From: an uncultured Hyphomicrobiales bacterium
GTDB lineage: Bacteria; Bacteroidota; Ignavibacteria; Kapaibacteriales; UBA2268
Direction: 5' to 3'
Assembly (NCBI GenBank): GCA_964454975.1
Contig: CAYVVD010000016.1
Location: 5,704-69,703, forward strand
DNA: 64,000 nucleotides
Shown piece after piece: positions 9,730 through 19,158 of the stretch (position 1 is the first letter of the stretch; each line of letters begins with the position of its first letter). Under the pieces are notes generated by a model. It made no database searches. It had not been told where the DNA came from and was given only the letters and a program-made list of their open reading frames with translations. Both the position numbers and the translations under genes were made by a program.

Positions 9730-10056
9730 TTAACCTACTATTGAGTTAATCCATTTTAAGTATGGCTCGTGTCCTTCTGTAATTGGTACAGCAAGGATTT
9801 CCGGCACTTCGTAAGGATGCAGTTCCCTTATCCTTGACTCAAGGTTATCAAGTTGATCTTTAGTAGTCTTGATGATTACCTGGCATTCATTACTTTTTTC
9901 AATTTTGCCTTTCCATTTGTAAACTGAGACTGTGTTATTTATCAATGAGCAGCAGGCTGCGAGCTTTTCGGAAACGAGTATTTTTGCTATGTTTGTAGCG
10001 TTGTCGTAGGAATCTGTGGTTATAAATACGATTCTATGTTTATCTGTAAATATCAT
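9730..10056 (-). CDS. cutA: Divalent-cation tolerance protein CutA
   Basis: LVSEKLAAC, SVYKWKGKI, HPYEVPEI, Y.KW. Confidence 0.93.
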   Translation of the reverse strand: MIFTDKHRIVFITTDSYDNATNIAKILVSEKLAACCSLINNTVSVYKWKGKIEKSNECQVIIKTTKDQLDNLESRIRELHPYEVPEILAVPITEGHEPYLKWINSIVG

Positions 10057-10089
10057 GGGTTCTCCTTTTTAACGGAAAATAGAAAAATA

Positions 10090-10365
10090 ATGATTGATTT
10101 GCTAATATACCACCTGCATATAGCTTGTGCCCTGTATGCCTTCACAAAAAGTTGGCAGAATGCAGGGGTTAAGGAGGGGCTTATGGCAGTAGCGGTAATC
10201 GCGCTGGCGTTTGCAATATTCTGGGCACTTACTGCAACGCTTGCGAACATCATTATGCCTGATTCATGGGTGACAATCTACTTCACTAAGGACACGCTCT
10301 CCCTTGTAATGCTTCTAATTCCAGAATACTTCCTGTTCTATCACTTCTTCCTGAAAGAGAAATAG
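10090..10365 (+). CDS. Small hypothetical membrane protein (about 3 TM helices)
   Basis: Hydrophobic 91 aa ORF, divergent from cutA. Confidence 0.65.
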   Translation: MIDLLIYHLHIACALYAFTKSWQNAGVKEGLMAVAVIALAFAIFWALTATLANIIMPDSWVTIYFTKDTLSLVMLLIPEYFLFYHFFLKEK

Positions 10366-10366
10366 G

Positions 10367-10471
10367 TTATTCCACCTTCACAAACTTCTCCCGGAATTTC
10401 CCTTCTGTTGTTTCGATGATAATAAAATATCCGGGGTTGCCATTATTTAATAAAGACACCTGAATATAATT
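10367..10471 (-). pseudogene. Orphan remnant of a T9SS C-terminal sorting domain
   Basis: Minus frame reads NYIQVSLLNNGNPGYFIIIETTEGKFREKFVKVE*, bounded upstream by an in-frame TAA. Confidence 0.5.
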
Positions 10472-10569
10472 TTAGTCTCAAAATATTGTTTTTTTTATCC
10501 CTTTTCTGTTTGAATTTATTTAACCAGCAATATTGAGTCACGTTCAAATTTTGAAATAAAAAGCAGGAA

Positions 10570-12174
10570 TTAATTCTTTGGTTTAGTGCTATACGCCGTA
10601 TAGTATTTGTCTTCGAAAATCAAAATAGAATTTTCTGCGGCGATGTTCTTTATGCTGTCTGCATATTGACTGTTGTTCCTGTTGTCGAATAAGAACATTG
10701 CATCTGAATATTCTGACAGGTGTACTGAACTTGAATCTGTCAGGCAGATAAATATTTTGCCTGTTTGGCGGAAGTTCTCCGTATTAAAATAATAGCTTAC
10801 TTGGGGATTGGGGATAAAACCGGGAGTTTTGGATTCATAGTATATTAAGCTTTTGTAACCCATATCATTGAAATGCATTGATATTAACTCAATGTTACTG
10901 TCTGGTGGGATGTTATAGTTGTAAAGCATCCTGACAGGCATGAAAAGCAGGACAAAGGGAACTACTATTTTCCCGCTTATTTTGTTTCTGAGAATTAATA
11001 TCCCAACGACAAATGCTATGAATATTGATGAATAGATGAGCAGATAAACAGGTAAAGTCTGATTAGTTAAAAATTCTGACATGCCCGACCTGAACTCCTG
11101 TGAGAATGACCAAAAAGCAAGTGACAGAAAAGCCAATACTAATATTAAGGGCACTCTCTTTTTTTTGATTATTTCTGAAAGCCCAATGGATGAAATTATT
11201 GCAACAAATGGCAGTAGCATCAGTAAATACTTCCCGATTTTTGAACTTGAGAGGGAGATCATTATAAATATCAATGTGCCTGCAATTAAATAGAATTGAA
11301 AAGCTTTTCGCTGATTTGGAATTATGAAAGCAAATACAATAAAAGGCGCTGCTACAATCAACTGATTAACATAATAAAATACACCAAGCTCCTGTTGATG
11401 AATTGCCCTGCCTTCCGCAAACCTGTTGATTAATTCAAAGAAGATGTAGTAATCTATAAATTCGCTGCCATGCTTTGCATACATTAACAAATGCCAGGGA
11501 ATCGTAATGAGCAGCGCTATCCCAGTCAGTATCAACAGAGCATTTAACGCTTTTTTCAGTCCTGTTGTTTTTCTGATAATCCCAATAAAGAAATAAAGCC
11601 CCGCTGCTGCAGGTATGATCAGTCCAATAAAAGGCTTCGTCAGCAGAGCTAATCCTGTGAAAATTCCTGAGTAATAAAGGTACTTTACTTTATCTTCTTC
11701 TTCGTGTTTCACAAAAAAGTATGCCGATATGAGTATCAATACTGTAATTGCAGTATCAAGCTGGCCACTGAATGAGAACTCATTGAAATAATTTGTTGTG
11801 AACAGCAGGCAGGCAGCTATCAATCCCTCGACTTTGCTTCTCCCGGCATGTATCAAAAAATAAGCGCCAATTAATGCAAAAATCAAAGTCCATATTCTAT
11901 GTGCAGCCGGAATTTCACCTAATATCGTAACGGGGATAGAAGAAAGCCAGAAAAAAAGCGGTGGGCGGGCAGAACTATAAAGCCCGCCAAGGGAATACTC
12001 AGTTTGGTCTAAAACACAGCCATGCTCTGTAATAGCTTTGGTACGGACTGCGTAGATGCTTTCATCCCAGGGTTGCATTTCGATAGTAAATGCGAAATAG
12101 AGGATAGTAAACAGGGAAAAAGCAAGAATAAAATAAATGCTTATTGTGAGCTGAACATTTGACCCTTTGTCCAT
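10570..12174 (-). CDS. ArnT/PMT-like GT-C-fold membrane glycosyltransferase
   Basis: WDESIY, RPPLFFW, LD, GLALLTK, PWH, KYLL motifs; many TM helices. Confidence 0.85.
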   Translation of the reverse strand: MDKGSNVQLTISIYFILAFSLFTILYFAFTIEMQPWDESIYAVRTKAITEHGCVLDQTEYSLGGLYSSARPPLFFWLSSIPVTILGEIPAAHRIWTLIFALIGAYFLIHAGRSKVEGLIAACLLFTTNYFNEFSFSGQLDTAITVLILISAYFFVKHEEEDKVKYLYYSGIFTGLALLTKPFIGLIIPAAAGLYFFIGIIRKTTGLKKALNALLILTGIALLITIPWHLLMYAKHGSEFIDYYIFFELINRFAEGRAIHQQELGVFYYVNQLIVAAPFIVFAFIIPNQRKAFQFYLIAGTLIFIMISLSSSKIGKYLLMLLPFVAIISSIGLSEIIKKKRVPLILVLAFLSLAFWSFSQEFRSGMSEFLTNQTLPVYLLIYSSIFIAFVVGILILRNKISGKIVVPFVLLFMPVRMLYNYNIPPDSNIELISMHFNDMGYKSLIYYESKTPGFIPNPQVSYYFNTENFRQTGKIFICLTDSSSVHLSEYSDAMFLFDNRNNSQYADSIKNIAAENSILIFEDKYYTAYSTKPKN

Positions 12175-12219
12175 ACAAGGCAATTTAATAAAAACATTAC
12201 TCTGTATCACTAAATTAGA

Positions 12220-12254
12220 AAAGCCTTTCGGTTATTCTTCTACCGAAAGGCTTT
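12220..12254 (-). terminator. Intrinsic terminator after the M16 peptidase gene
   Basis: Perfect 13-bp inverted repeat AAAGCCTTTCGGT/ACCGAAAGGCTTT. Confidence 0.75.
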
Positions 12255-12273
12255 AAAAAAAACAGAGTCTGCA

Positions 12274-15099
12274 TTAATTGGTTTTATCTTCAGGATAAAG
12301 AATAAACTGCTTGAGGCTGTTAAAGTTGAAGTACTTATTGGCAGCGTCTTTAATTTGTTGTTTTGTTAATCTGTCTGCCATATCAGGAATTTTTTCAATG
12401 TTAGACATATCCATACCATTCATGTGGTACATCCTGAGGTTGTTCAGCCAGAAACGATTTTCCTTTTTGCTCGTTTCGAAAGTCCTCTTTTGGGTTTCAA
12501 TGATCTTAGTCATGTATTCTTCTTCCGGGAGTTCGTCCTTCATGCTTTGTATTACTTTTTTCAACTCACCGATTAATTCTTCAACACGCAATGGATCGCA
12601 ACCAAACGAGAAAGTAATTGTATAGCCCTGGTATGGATGATTCTCGAAGGAGGGATAGCATCCGACACCATAAACACCGCTTTTGTCTTCACGCATCACT
12701 TCACGAAGTTTAATATTTGCTACTTCGCATAGAGATTTCAATACATGCCGGTTGTATTCTCCATATTCAAAATCGCCGTTCATTACCATGTAAACATAGC
12801 TCTTTGGGTCAACCCCTTTGTAAATCTCTTTCTTAGCAGCAGTTTTTGGTGGACGCACTCCCCTGTCCCTGTAATTTGGAGCTTTTTCTTTTGATGGCAA
12901 CGAACCAATATATTTCTCTACCATCGGCCTGAATTTTACCACATCAATGTTGCCAACGAAGAAAAATGTGATGCCGTTTGCATTGCTGAACATACTTTTG
13001 TAGAAGTTATATGCCTCATCAAGATTAATTTTGTCCAACATTTCTTCTGTCATCGGTTTGCTTCGTTCATCATAGTTGCTCAGAAAATATTGGATTGAAT
13101 CAATAAGCGGCTTATAAGGTGAGTTTTTACTGTCCCTTATCCTCTGCTTTTGTATTGTCATAAATGCTTCAAGCGCTTCTTTGTCCTTGCGTGGCTGATT
13201 AAAGTAAAGGTTAATGAGTTGCATCATTGTTTCAATGTCTTCCGGGGAACAACTTCCGTACATTCCCTGTCCGATGTCCCAGATGGACGGGCTGACATTT
13301 ACTAACTTACCGGCAAGTTTCTTTTCGAGAGTAATCTGGCTGAAGTCGCCAACTCCTCCCCTGTTGGCAATCCTTGCAGCATATTCAGCTGAAAGCCACT
13401 TTGCGTCGTCACTAATGGATGAACCGCCAAACTGGTAGGAGCTAAGAAGGATTTCATCTTCCTTAAAGTCAGTTTTCTTAACAATTACTGTGGCACCATT
13501 TGAGAGTTTCCACTCGTAAGAGCCGATACCTTCAATCACCTTTTCACCGGTGACTTTGCCGGGAATTATACTGGCTGAAAACAATGGTGCGTCTGAAACT
13601 TCATCAACATAAGGCTCGAGTTTGCTGTTACGTATCTGATTGTAAACATCAAGAAGTTCCTTTTCGGTTGGTACATTAAGCCCTTCCTTTTGAAGTGAAC
13701 TAAGCATAATTACCATATTTTCGTTTTTCAGGAAATCCCGCGTAGTTTTCATCACTTCATCTGCAGAAATACCGGGCATCCATTTGTGGTAGAGTTTTTG
13801 CTCTGATTCGATTCCGGGGATTGATTCATTTTCAAAGAAATTCCTAATATATTCTTCAGCATAATTTACTGATTCAGTTTTCTCGCGTTCATTGTAATAT
13901 TGGTCAATCATTCTGAGCATCTCAGCTTTTGCCCTTTCAAGCTCGGTATCAGTAAAACCATTCTGGTAAGCACGGAATAATTCTGTAAGTACAGCATTGT
14001 ATCCGGTCATAATATCCTCCATATTCAGGCCCGCAGCAACATTCATGGCCTTCTGGAAGCCCATTGCCTCACCATTGTAAACATAGGCATACTGGAATGG
14101 GGGAGTACCGGTTTTAGTCAGGTCGGCCAGGCGCTGGTTAAGCATCTGAGTGAATAAGTTAACAACAATATCTTGCCGGTAGAAACCGTATGTGCCATCA
14201 TTTTCCCTGTCGTGCTTGAAGGCAAGGGTTACACTTGCACTTGTCATCTCGGGGTCAATGGCAACAGATGCTTTTAATTCCTTATGGAATGGGACTTTGT
14301 ATTTTTTATACTCCCTTGGGTTAGCCGGCATTTTAATATTGCTAAAGTGCTTTTTGACAAGGCCTTCTGCTTTATTTATATCAATATCGCCAACAACGAT
14401 AACAGCGAACATATCCGGCCTGTACCAGTCTTTATAATATCTCTTGAATACATCATATGGAGCATTTTTCAAAATAGCTGTATCGCCGATTGTGTATCTG
14501 TCAACATATCGCGAGCCGGCGGCAAATTCTTCCAGGTGTTCAAGGTAGGTTCTTTCGTATGCACCCCTGCGAAGCCTCCATTCTTCAACCACAACTCCTC
14601 TTTCCTTATCAATTTCTTCGTGGTCAAAGGAAATGTTATGTGCCCAGTCTTCAAGCACCTGGAACCCCTGGGCGATAAGTTTTTCATCGTCGGTAGGAAC
14701 CTGTAGCTTATAAACAGTTTCATTGTACCATGTATGGGCGTTAAGGTCTGCGCCAAAACGGACACCGGTTTTTTCGAGGAAATTAATCAGGCTGTCTTTC
14801 GGGAAATTTTTTGTTCCGTTGAACGCCATGTGTTCGATAAAATGTGCTAACCCTTTCTGGTCATCATCCTCGTGGTTAGAGCCGCATTTGAAAGGCATTC
14901 GAAGAGTCATCCTGTTTTCAGGTTTGGGGTTGTATTTGATGTAATACTTAATCCCGTTTTCTAAAGTCCCAATTTTGATTTTTGGATCTGCCGGTATTTT
15001 CTCCTGCAGGTTTTTATATTCGGAATTATCGGCAAATATCTTCCCGATAGATACAAATAACAATGCAATAAGCGCCATACTTGTCAGGTGTCGCTTCAT
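12274..15099 (-). CDS. M16B zinc metallopeptidase (PqqL/insulinase family), exported
   Basis: Inverted zincin GLAHFIEHMAFNGT, FGADLNAHT, ERGVVVEEWR, second half LSNGATV and LREVMREDKSGVY; signal peptide. Confidence 0.93.
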   Translation of the reverse strand: MKRHLTSMALIALLFVSIGKIFADNSEYKNLQEKIPADPKIKIGTLENGIKYYIKYNPKPENRMTLRMPFKCGSNHEDDDQKGLAHFIEHMAFNGTKNFPKDSLINFLEKTGVRFGADLNAHTWYNETVYKLQVPTDDEKLIAQGFQVLEDWAHNISFDHEEIDKERGVVVEEWRLRRGAYERTYLEHLEEFAAGSRYVDRYTIGDTAILKNAPYDVFKRYYKDWYRPDMFAVIVVGDIDINKAEGLVKKHFSNIKMPANPREYKKYKVPFHKELKASVAIDPEMTSASVTLAFKHDRENDGTYGFYRQDIVVNLFTQMLNQRLADLTKTGTPPFQYAYVYNGEAMGFQKAMNVAAGLNMEDIMTGYNAVLTELFRAYQNGFTDTELERAKAEMLRMIDQYYNEREKTESVNYAEEYIRNFFENESIPGIESEQKLYHKWMPGISADEVMKTTRDFLKNENMVIMLSSLQKEGLNVPTEKELLDVYNQIRNSKLEPYVDEVSDAPLFSASIIPGKVTGEKVIEGIGSYEWKLSNGATVIVKKTDFKEDEILLSSYQFGGSSISDDAKWLSAEYAARIANRGGVGDFSQITLEKKLAGKLVNVSPSIWDIGQGMYGSCSPEDIETMMQLINLYFNQPRKDKEALEAFMTIQKQRIRDSKNSPYKPLIDSIQYFLSNYDERSKPMTEEMLDKINLDEAYNFYKSMFSNANGITFFFVGNIDVVKFRPMVEKYIGSLPSKEKAPNYRDRGVRPPKTAAKKEIYKGVDPKSYVYMVMNGDFEYGEYNRHVLKSLCEVANIKLREVMREDKSGVYGVGCYPSFENHPYQGYTITFSFGCDPLRVEELIGELKKVIQSMKDELPEEEYMTKIIETQKRTFETSKKENRFWLNNLRMYHMNGMDMSNIEKIPDMADRLTKQQIKDAANKYFNFNSLKQFILYPEDKTN

Positions 15100-15252
15100 T
15101 TCTGTTCTCCTTTATCAGTATTATTAGTCAAGATATAATTAGCAGTACTTTTTAAATCGAAAATAGTTTCAGAAGTTATAGTATTAACTAGTTAAAAACA
15201 ATAAAAAAATGCAGTTTCGTGGTTAATGAATAAAATTTAATGCATAACATTA

Positions 15253-15702
15253 ATGTTTGAACTATCTATAGTTTTGCTTGTATTTTTCTTTATGGAGTTT
15301 GTTGCCTGGTTTACCCACAAGTATATCATGCACGGCTTCCTGTGGTTTCTTCACTATGACCACCATAATACAACAGGAAAATTCTTCCAGAAAAACGATG
15401 CTTTCTTCCTGATTTTTGCAATTCCGAGCAGCATTTTGATGATACTTGGATTTACCGATGGTGGCGATATCAAGCTCTGGATTGGAACCGGGATACTTTT
15501 CTATGGCATAGCTTATTTTCTTGTCCATGAAGTACTGATTCACCAGAGATTCAAAAAGCTTAGGAAATTTCTTTTTGGGAAAGCCAAACATCCTTATTTA
15601 AGAGGCCTTTTGAAAGCACATTATGCCCACCACGCTAAACTCGAAAAAGAAGGCGGTGTTTCGTTCGGTATGCTCATTGTTTTCCCAAAATATTTCAGGT
15701 GA
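15253..15702 (+). CDS. crtZ: Beta-carotene hydroxylase
   Basis: MEFVAWFTHKYIMHG, HYDHH, ND.F, HEVLIHQRF, AHYAHH histidine boxes, SFG. Confidence 0.9.
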   Translation: MFELSIVLLVFFFMEFVAWFTHKYIMHGFLWFLHYDHHNTTGKFFQKNDAFFLIFAIPSSILMILGFTDGGDIKLWIGTGILFYGIAYFLVHEVLIHQRFKKLRKFLFGKAKHPYLRGLLKAHYAHHAKLEKEGGVSFGMLIVFPKYFR

Positions 15703-15703
15703 T

Positions 15704-16369
15704 ATGAAATATACTTACCTCCTGCTTAACCTGCTCACAATATTAGTCCCTCTAATAATGAGTTTTGAGAAAAAAATATTCTTTAGGCAGCATTGGAAGC
15801 ATGTATTTATATCAATATCAATCGTTGGCGCTTTATTTTTAATTTGGGATGTGATATTCACCGGTTTAGGTGTTTGGGAATTCAACAGCGATTATATTAT
15901 TGGAATATATTTCCTCGATTTACCTCTTGAAGAATGGCTTTTTTTTGTTACAGTACCATTTGCCTGCGTTTTTATCTACGAAGTCCTCAGTATTGTAAAA
16001 TTTTCTGATTTTGCAAATCAATTTTCCCGGGTGTTACTGATAATTCTCTCAGCTACTTTATTAATCATTGCAATCCTCAATACCGAAAAGTTGTATACAA
16101 CCAGTACCTTCTTTTTACTTGCGCTTATTTTAGTATATTACGTATTAGTATCAAAAGCAAAATCCCCCGCGAGGTTTATATCGGGCTATTTATTAGCGCT
16201 TATTCCATTCTTTATTATTAATGGATTGCTAACAGGGTTTCCGGTTGTCATATATAACAATGAGGAAAATCTTGGTATAAGGTTATTTACAATTCCCCTT
16301 GAAGATATTTTTTATGGAATGCTTTTGGTTTTGGGAAATATAATGATATTTGACAGGCTTAAGAACTGA
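15704..16369 (+). CDS. Membrane lycopene cyclase (fused CrtYc/CrtYd-type domains)
   Basis: Two repeats of the cyclase motif (WD...GVW.F..LPLEEWLFF and Y....LGIRLFTIPLEDIFY); directly follows crtZ. Confidence 0.85.
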   Translation: MKYTYLLLNLLTILVPLIMSFEKKIFFRQHWKHVFISISIVGALFLIWDVIFTGLGVWEFNSDYIIGIYFLDLPLEEWLFFVTVPFACVFIYEVLSIVKFSDFANQFSRVLLIILSATLLIIAILNTEKLYTTSTFFLLALILVYYVLVSKAKSPARFISGYLLALIPFFIINGLLTGFPVVIYNNEENLGIRLFTIPLEDIFYGMLLVLGNIMIFDRLKN

Positions 16370-17561
16370 GCCCGTATTCCTGAATTTTCCTGTAGAGTGT
16401 TCTTTCGCTTATACCCAAAGCATCGGCAGCCTGCCGGCGGTTTCCTTCGAACTTTATCAACGATTTTTCAATCATTCTGCGTTCCATTTCTGCTATTGTG
16501 GTGATTTCGGGCTTTTGTTCGAAATCGTATTCTTTTATCTCTTCGTACTCAGAAACCTGATTTTGCATTGAGCTCTGGGTTTCCTTTATCTCTTCAATTT
16601 CAGAATGTATAAGGTGAAGGCCTCTTTTAATTGCAAGTATTTCGCTTTTTATCTCCAGCAGAGTCTTAAAAATTAATCCCAGCTCAAAATTGTTTACTTC
16701 ATCCCTTTGCTCGAAGGGAACCAGTGAAGCAAATTCATTATTTTCCTTTACATGAGGAGGCAGCGAGGGCTTAATATATTTCCTTAGTAATTCAGCTGAA
16801 ATATAATCTGTCTTTTCGAGTGTAATTAGAGTTTCAACCAGGTTTTTCAGTTCCCTTATGTTCCCGTTCCAGGGCATTCCTTTTAGTATTGAAACAGCAT
16901 CTTCCGAAGCACCTTTATACTCAATGCCAAGTTTTTTTGTGTATCTTTTTGCAAAGTAATCTATTAACAAAGGAATGTCTTCAGAATGATCGCGCAGAAC
17001 CGGTAATTCGATATGCACATTATTCAGCCTGAAGAATAAATCCTGCCTGAAATTCCCCCTGTTGACTTCCTCTTCCAGATTGCGATTGGTAGCTGCAATT
17101 ATCCTGACATCTACTTTTTTCAAAGCTGTAGAGCCAAGCCGTGAAAATTCACCGGATTCGAGTACACGCAGCAGCTTTACCTGGGTGCCGAGAGGCATTT
17201 CGCCAATTTCGTCGAGGAATATTGTTCCCTTGTCTGCATCTTCAAAAAAACCCTTTCGTTGTTCGTAGGCGCCTGTGAATGCTCCTTTCTCATGGCCGAA
17301 CAGTTCGGATTCAAGTAATGTTTCAGGGATAGCACCGCAATTAACACTCAGTATCGTCTGCTTGCTTCTCTTGCTCAGACCGTGGATTGCCTGTGCGAAC
17401 ACTTCTTTTCCCGTACCGGTATCTCCGGTGATTAGCACAGATAAATCCGTGGGAGCCGCCTGGACGATTAGTTTAAGAGCATCCTGGATTGGTTTGGAAA
17501 CACCTATGATTCCAAACTTGTCTTGTACTGATATTAAATAGTCTGAACCCGGATTAGCCAT
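16359..17561 (-). CDS. Sigma-54-dependent Fis-family activator lacking an N-terminal sensor domain
   Basis: Walker A GDTGTGKE, ELFGHEKGAFTGA, FLDEIGE, RIIAATN, WNGNIREL; C-terminal HTH GNRRQAADALGISERTLYRK. Confidence 0.92.
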   Translation of the reverse strand: MANPGSDYLISVQDKFGIIGVSKPIQDALKLIVQAAPTDLSVLITGDTGTGKEVFAQAIHGLSKRSKQTILSVNCGAIPETLLESELFGHEKGAFTGAYEQRKGFFEDADKGTIFLDEIGEMPLGTQVKLLRVLESGEFSRLGSTALKKVDVRIIAATNRNLEEEVNRGNFRQDLFFRLNNVHIELPVLRDHSEDIPLLIDYFAKRYTKKLGIEYKGASEDAVSILKGMPWNGNIRELKNLVETLITLEKTDYISAELLRKYIKPSLPPHVKENNEFASLVPFEQRDEVNNFELGLIFKTLLEIKSEILAIKRGLHLIHSEIEEIKETQSSMQNQVSEYEEIKEYDFEQKPEITTIAEMERRMIEKSLIKFEGNRRQAADALGISERTLYRKIQEYGLSS

Positions 17562-17563
17562 TA

Positions 17564-18043
17564 TCAAAGCTCTTTCTTCGACCATTCTTCCCAGCCGCCG
17601 GTGAATAGGAACACATGCTCAAAGCCGTTATTTATCAAATCCTCGGCAATCATGTGGCTCAGGTCGCAGGTGCCGCCATCACAATAAACAACAATTTTCT
17701 TTTCAAACGGCAGGGAATATATTTTCTCAAATTTTTCTTCTTCATTCATATATGGGTAGATATTTACAGCATCGCCGATGTTGCCCATTTCGTAATCCCG
17801 GGGTTCGCGAGCGTCCACAAAGATAAAATCTGGGTTGATTACAAGCTTTCGAACCTGTTCAAGAGTCAGAGTCTTTTCAAGATTTTCTTTTGCATTTCCT
17901 GAATCCACACCCAGGAGAGAATCAGTAACTACCTGTTCAGATTTATCCTTCGGCAGTAATGGCAATGGCTTGGGCTGCAACGCATTATAAATCAAACCAA
18001 CTGCCGATGCCACAATTATTATCGCTATTGCTTCTTTTATCAT
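17564..18043 (-). CDS. Membrane-anchored rhodanese-like domain protein
   Basis: N-terminal TM; FVDARE...Y..GNI.DAVNI, VVYCDGGTC, FTGGWEEW. Confidence 0.88.
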   Translation of the reverse strand: MIKEAIAIIIVASAVGLIYNALQPKPLPLLPKDKSEQVVTDSLLGVDSGNAKENLEKTLTLEQVRKLVINPDFIFVDAREPRDYEMGNIGDAVNIYPYMNEEEKFEKIYSLPFEKKIVVYCDGGTCDLSHMIAEDLINNGFEHVFLFTGGWEEWSKKEL

Positions 18044-18044
18044 A

Positions 18045-18440
18045 TTAAACTATATTTTGTGCCTTTAAGTAACTATATGCGTCATTAATATCCTTTGTCT
18101 TTTTCTCTGCCAATTCCTTTAGTTCTTCGCCAAGTGATGCCACTTTGTCCGGGTGATACTTGGCTACAAGCTTTTTGTATGTAGATTTAATTTCATCCTT
18201 TGAAGCCCCGGAATCTATCCTGAGAATTGAATATGCCCTTTCCTTAGACATCCTCATATTTTCATTAGAGCCAGCCTCATTCTTCCGGCGTTCTTCCCTC
18301 CTTGAACCAAAGCTGTTAAGCTCGTCTATGATTTTCTTTAATTCTCCATCTTTGGTTTGAAGACCGGCTTTAGTTCTACCGGAATCAACATCGTTGATGT
18401 ACGAGCTTGCAATTCGTTGTATTCTTTTAAATATACCCAT
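18045..18440 (-). CDS. J-domain (DnaJ/DjlA-like C-terminal) protein
   Basis: AYSILRI...EIKSTYKKLVAKYHPDKV...INDAY with the HPD motif. Confidence 0.88.
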   Translation of the reverse strand: MGIFKRIQRIASSYINDVDSGRTKAGLQTKDGELKKIIDELNSFGSRREERRKNEAGSNENMRMSKERAYSILRIDSGASKDEIKSTYKKLVAKYHPDKVASLGEELKELAEKKTKDINDAYSYLKAQNIV

Positions 18441-18937
18441 TACTTAGTTAGTATATTAGTTACATCAGAAATACTATTGGTTGCATATAACTTCATATTT
18501 AAATTAAAGGGAAAATCTCTTATGAACATTCCCCATTTATCCCCGGTTAAAATCACCGGCCTTTCAGGAATAATTCCTCTTTCGGTCAATGCCCAAACTG
18601 CGGAAAACTCAAGGAAAGTCCCACTACCGCCTTCAAAGAATACATACGCCTCGCCGAGCTTAATCAAACATTGTAAACGCTCAATATAGTCATTTGTTTT
18701 AATAATCCGGGTGTTGAAGGGATTTGGAGATTTGCCGGTTTCGCCTTGAATAACAACGCCCGTTTTTTCATTATCACAGAACCGGCTTCCCTTGCAGACA
18801 GCTTCCATCACACCATTATATCCACCGCTTACAATGTTAATACCGTTTTTACCAAGGCACTCTCCAAGCTCCATAGCTTTTTTATACAACTCAGAGTCCG
18901 GTTCGCATTTCCCGCTTCCAAAAATACATATATCCAT
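18440..18937 (-). CDS. LOG/SLOG family protein (nucleotide phosphoribohydrolase-like)
   Basis: ICIFGSG, IVSGGYNGVMEAVCKG, ER, GGSGTFLE. Confidence 0.85.
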   Translation of the reverse strand: MDICIFGSGKCEPDSELYKKAMELGECLGKNGINIVSGGYNGVMEAVCKGSRFCDNEKTGVVIQGETGKSPNPFNTRIIKTNDYIERLQCLIKLGEAYVFFEGGSGTFLEFSAVWALTERGIIPERPVILTGDKWGMFIRDFPFNLNMKLYATNSISDVTNILTK

Positions 18938-19158
18938 TTCAACTCTATACTTATGATTCTGACAAAAATTAATCTAAATAAGACTCACTTACAAATTCAT
19001 ATTCACAATTGCTATGCATTACTTGTTCTATAACACAAATTGTTTTAAAAGAACAATCAGATATTATTATTTATTGGAAAATTAATATCATTTAATTAAG
19101 TTATGCTTTCGCAAAGGTTAATTTATTTATATGTTTTTTTCAATATAAGAGCTCAGTT

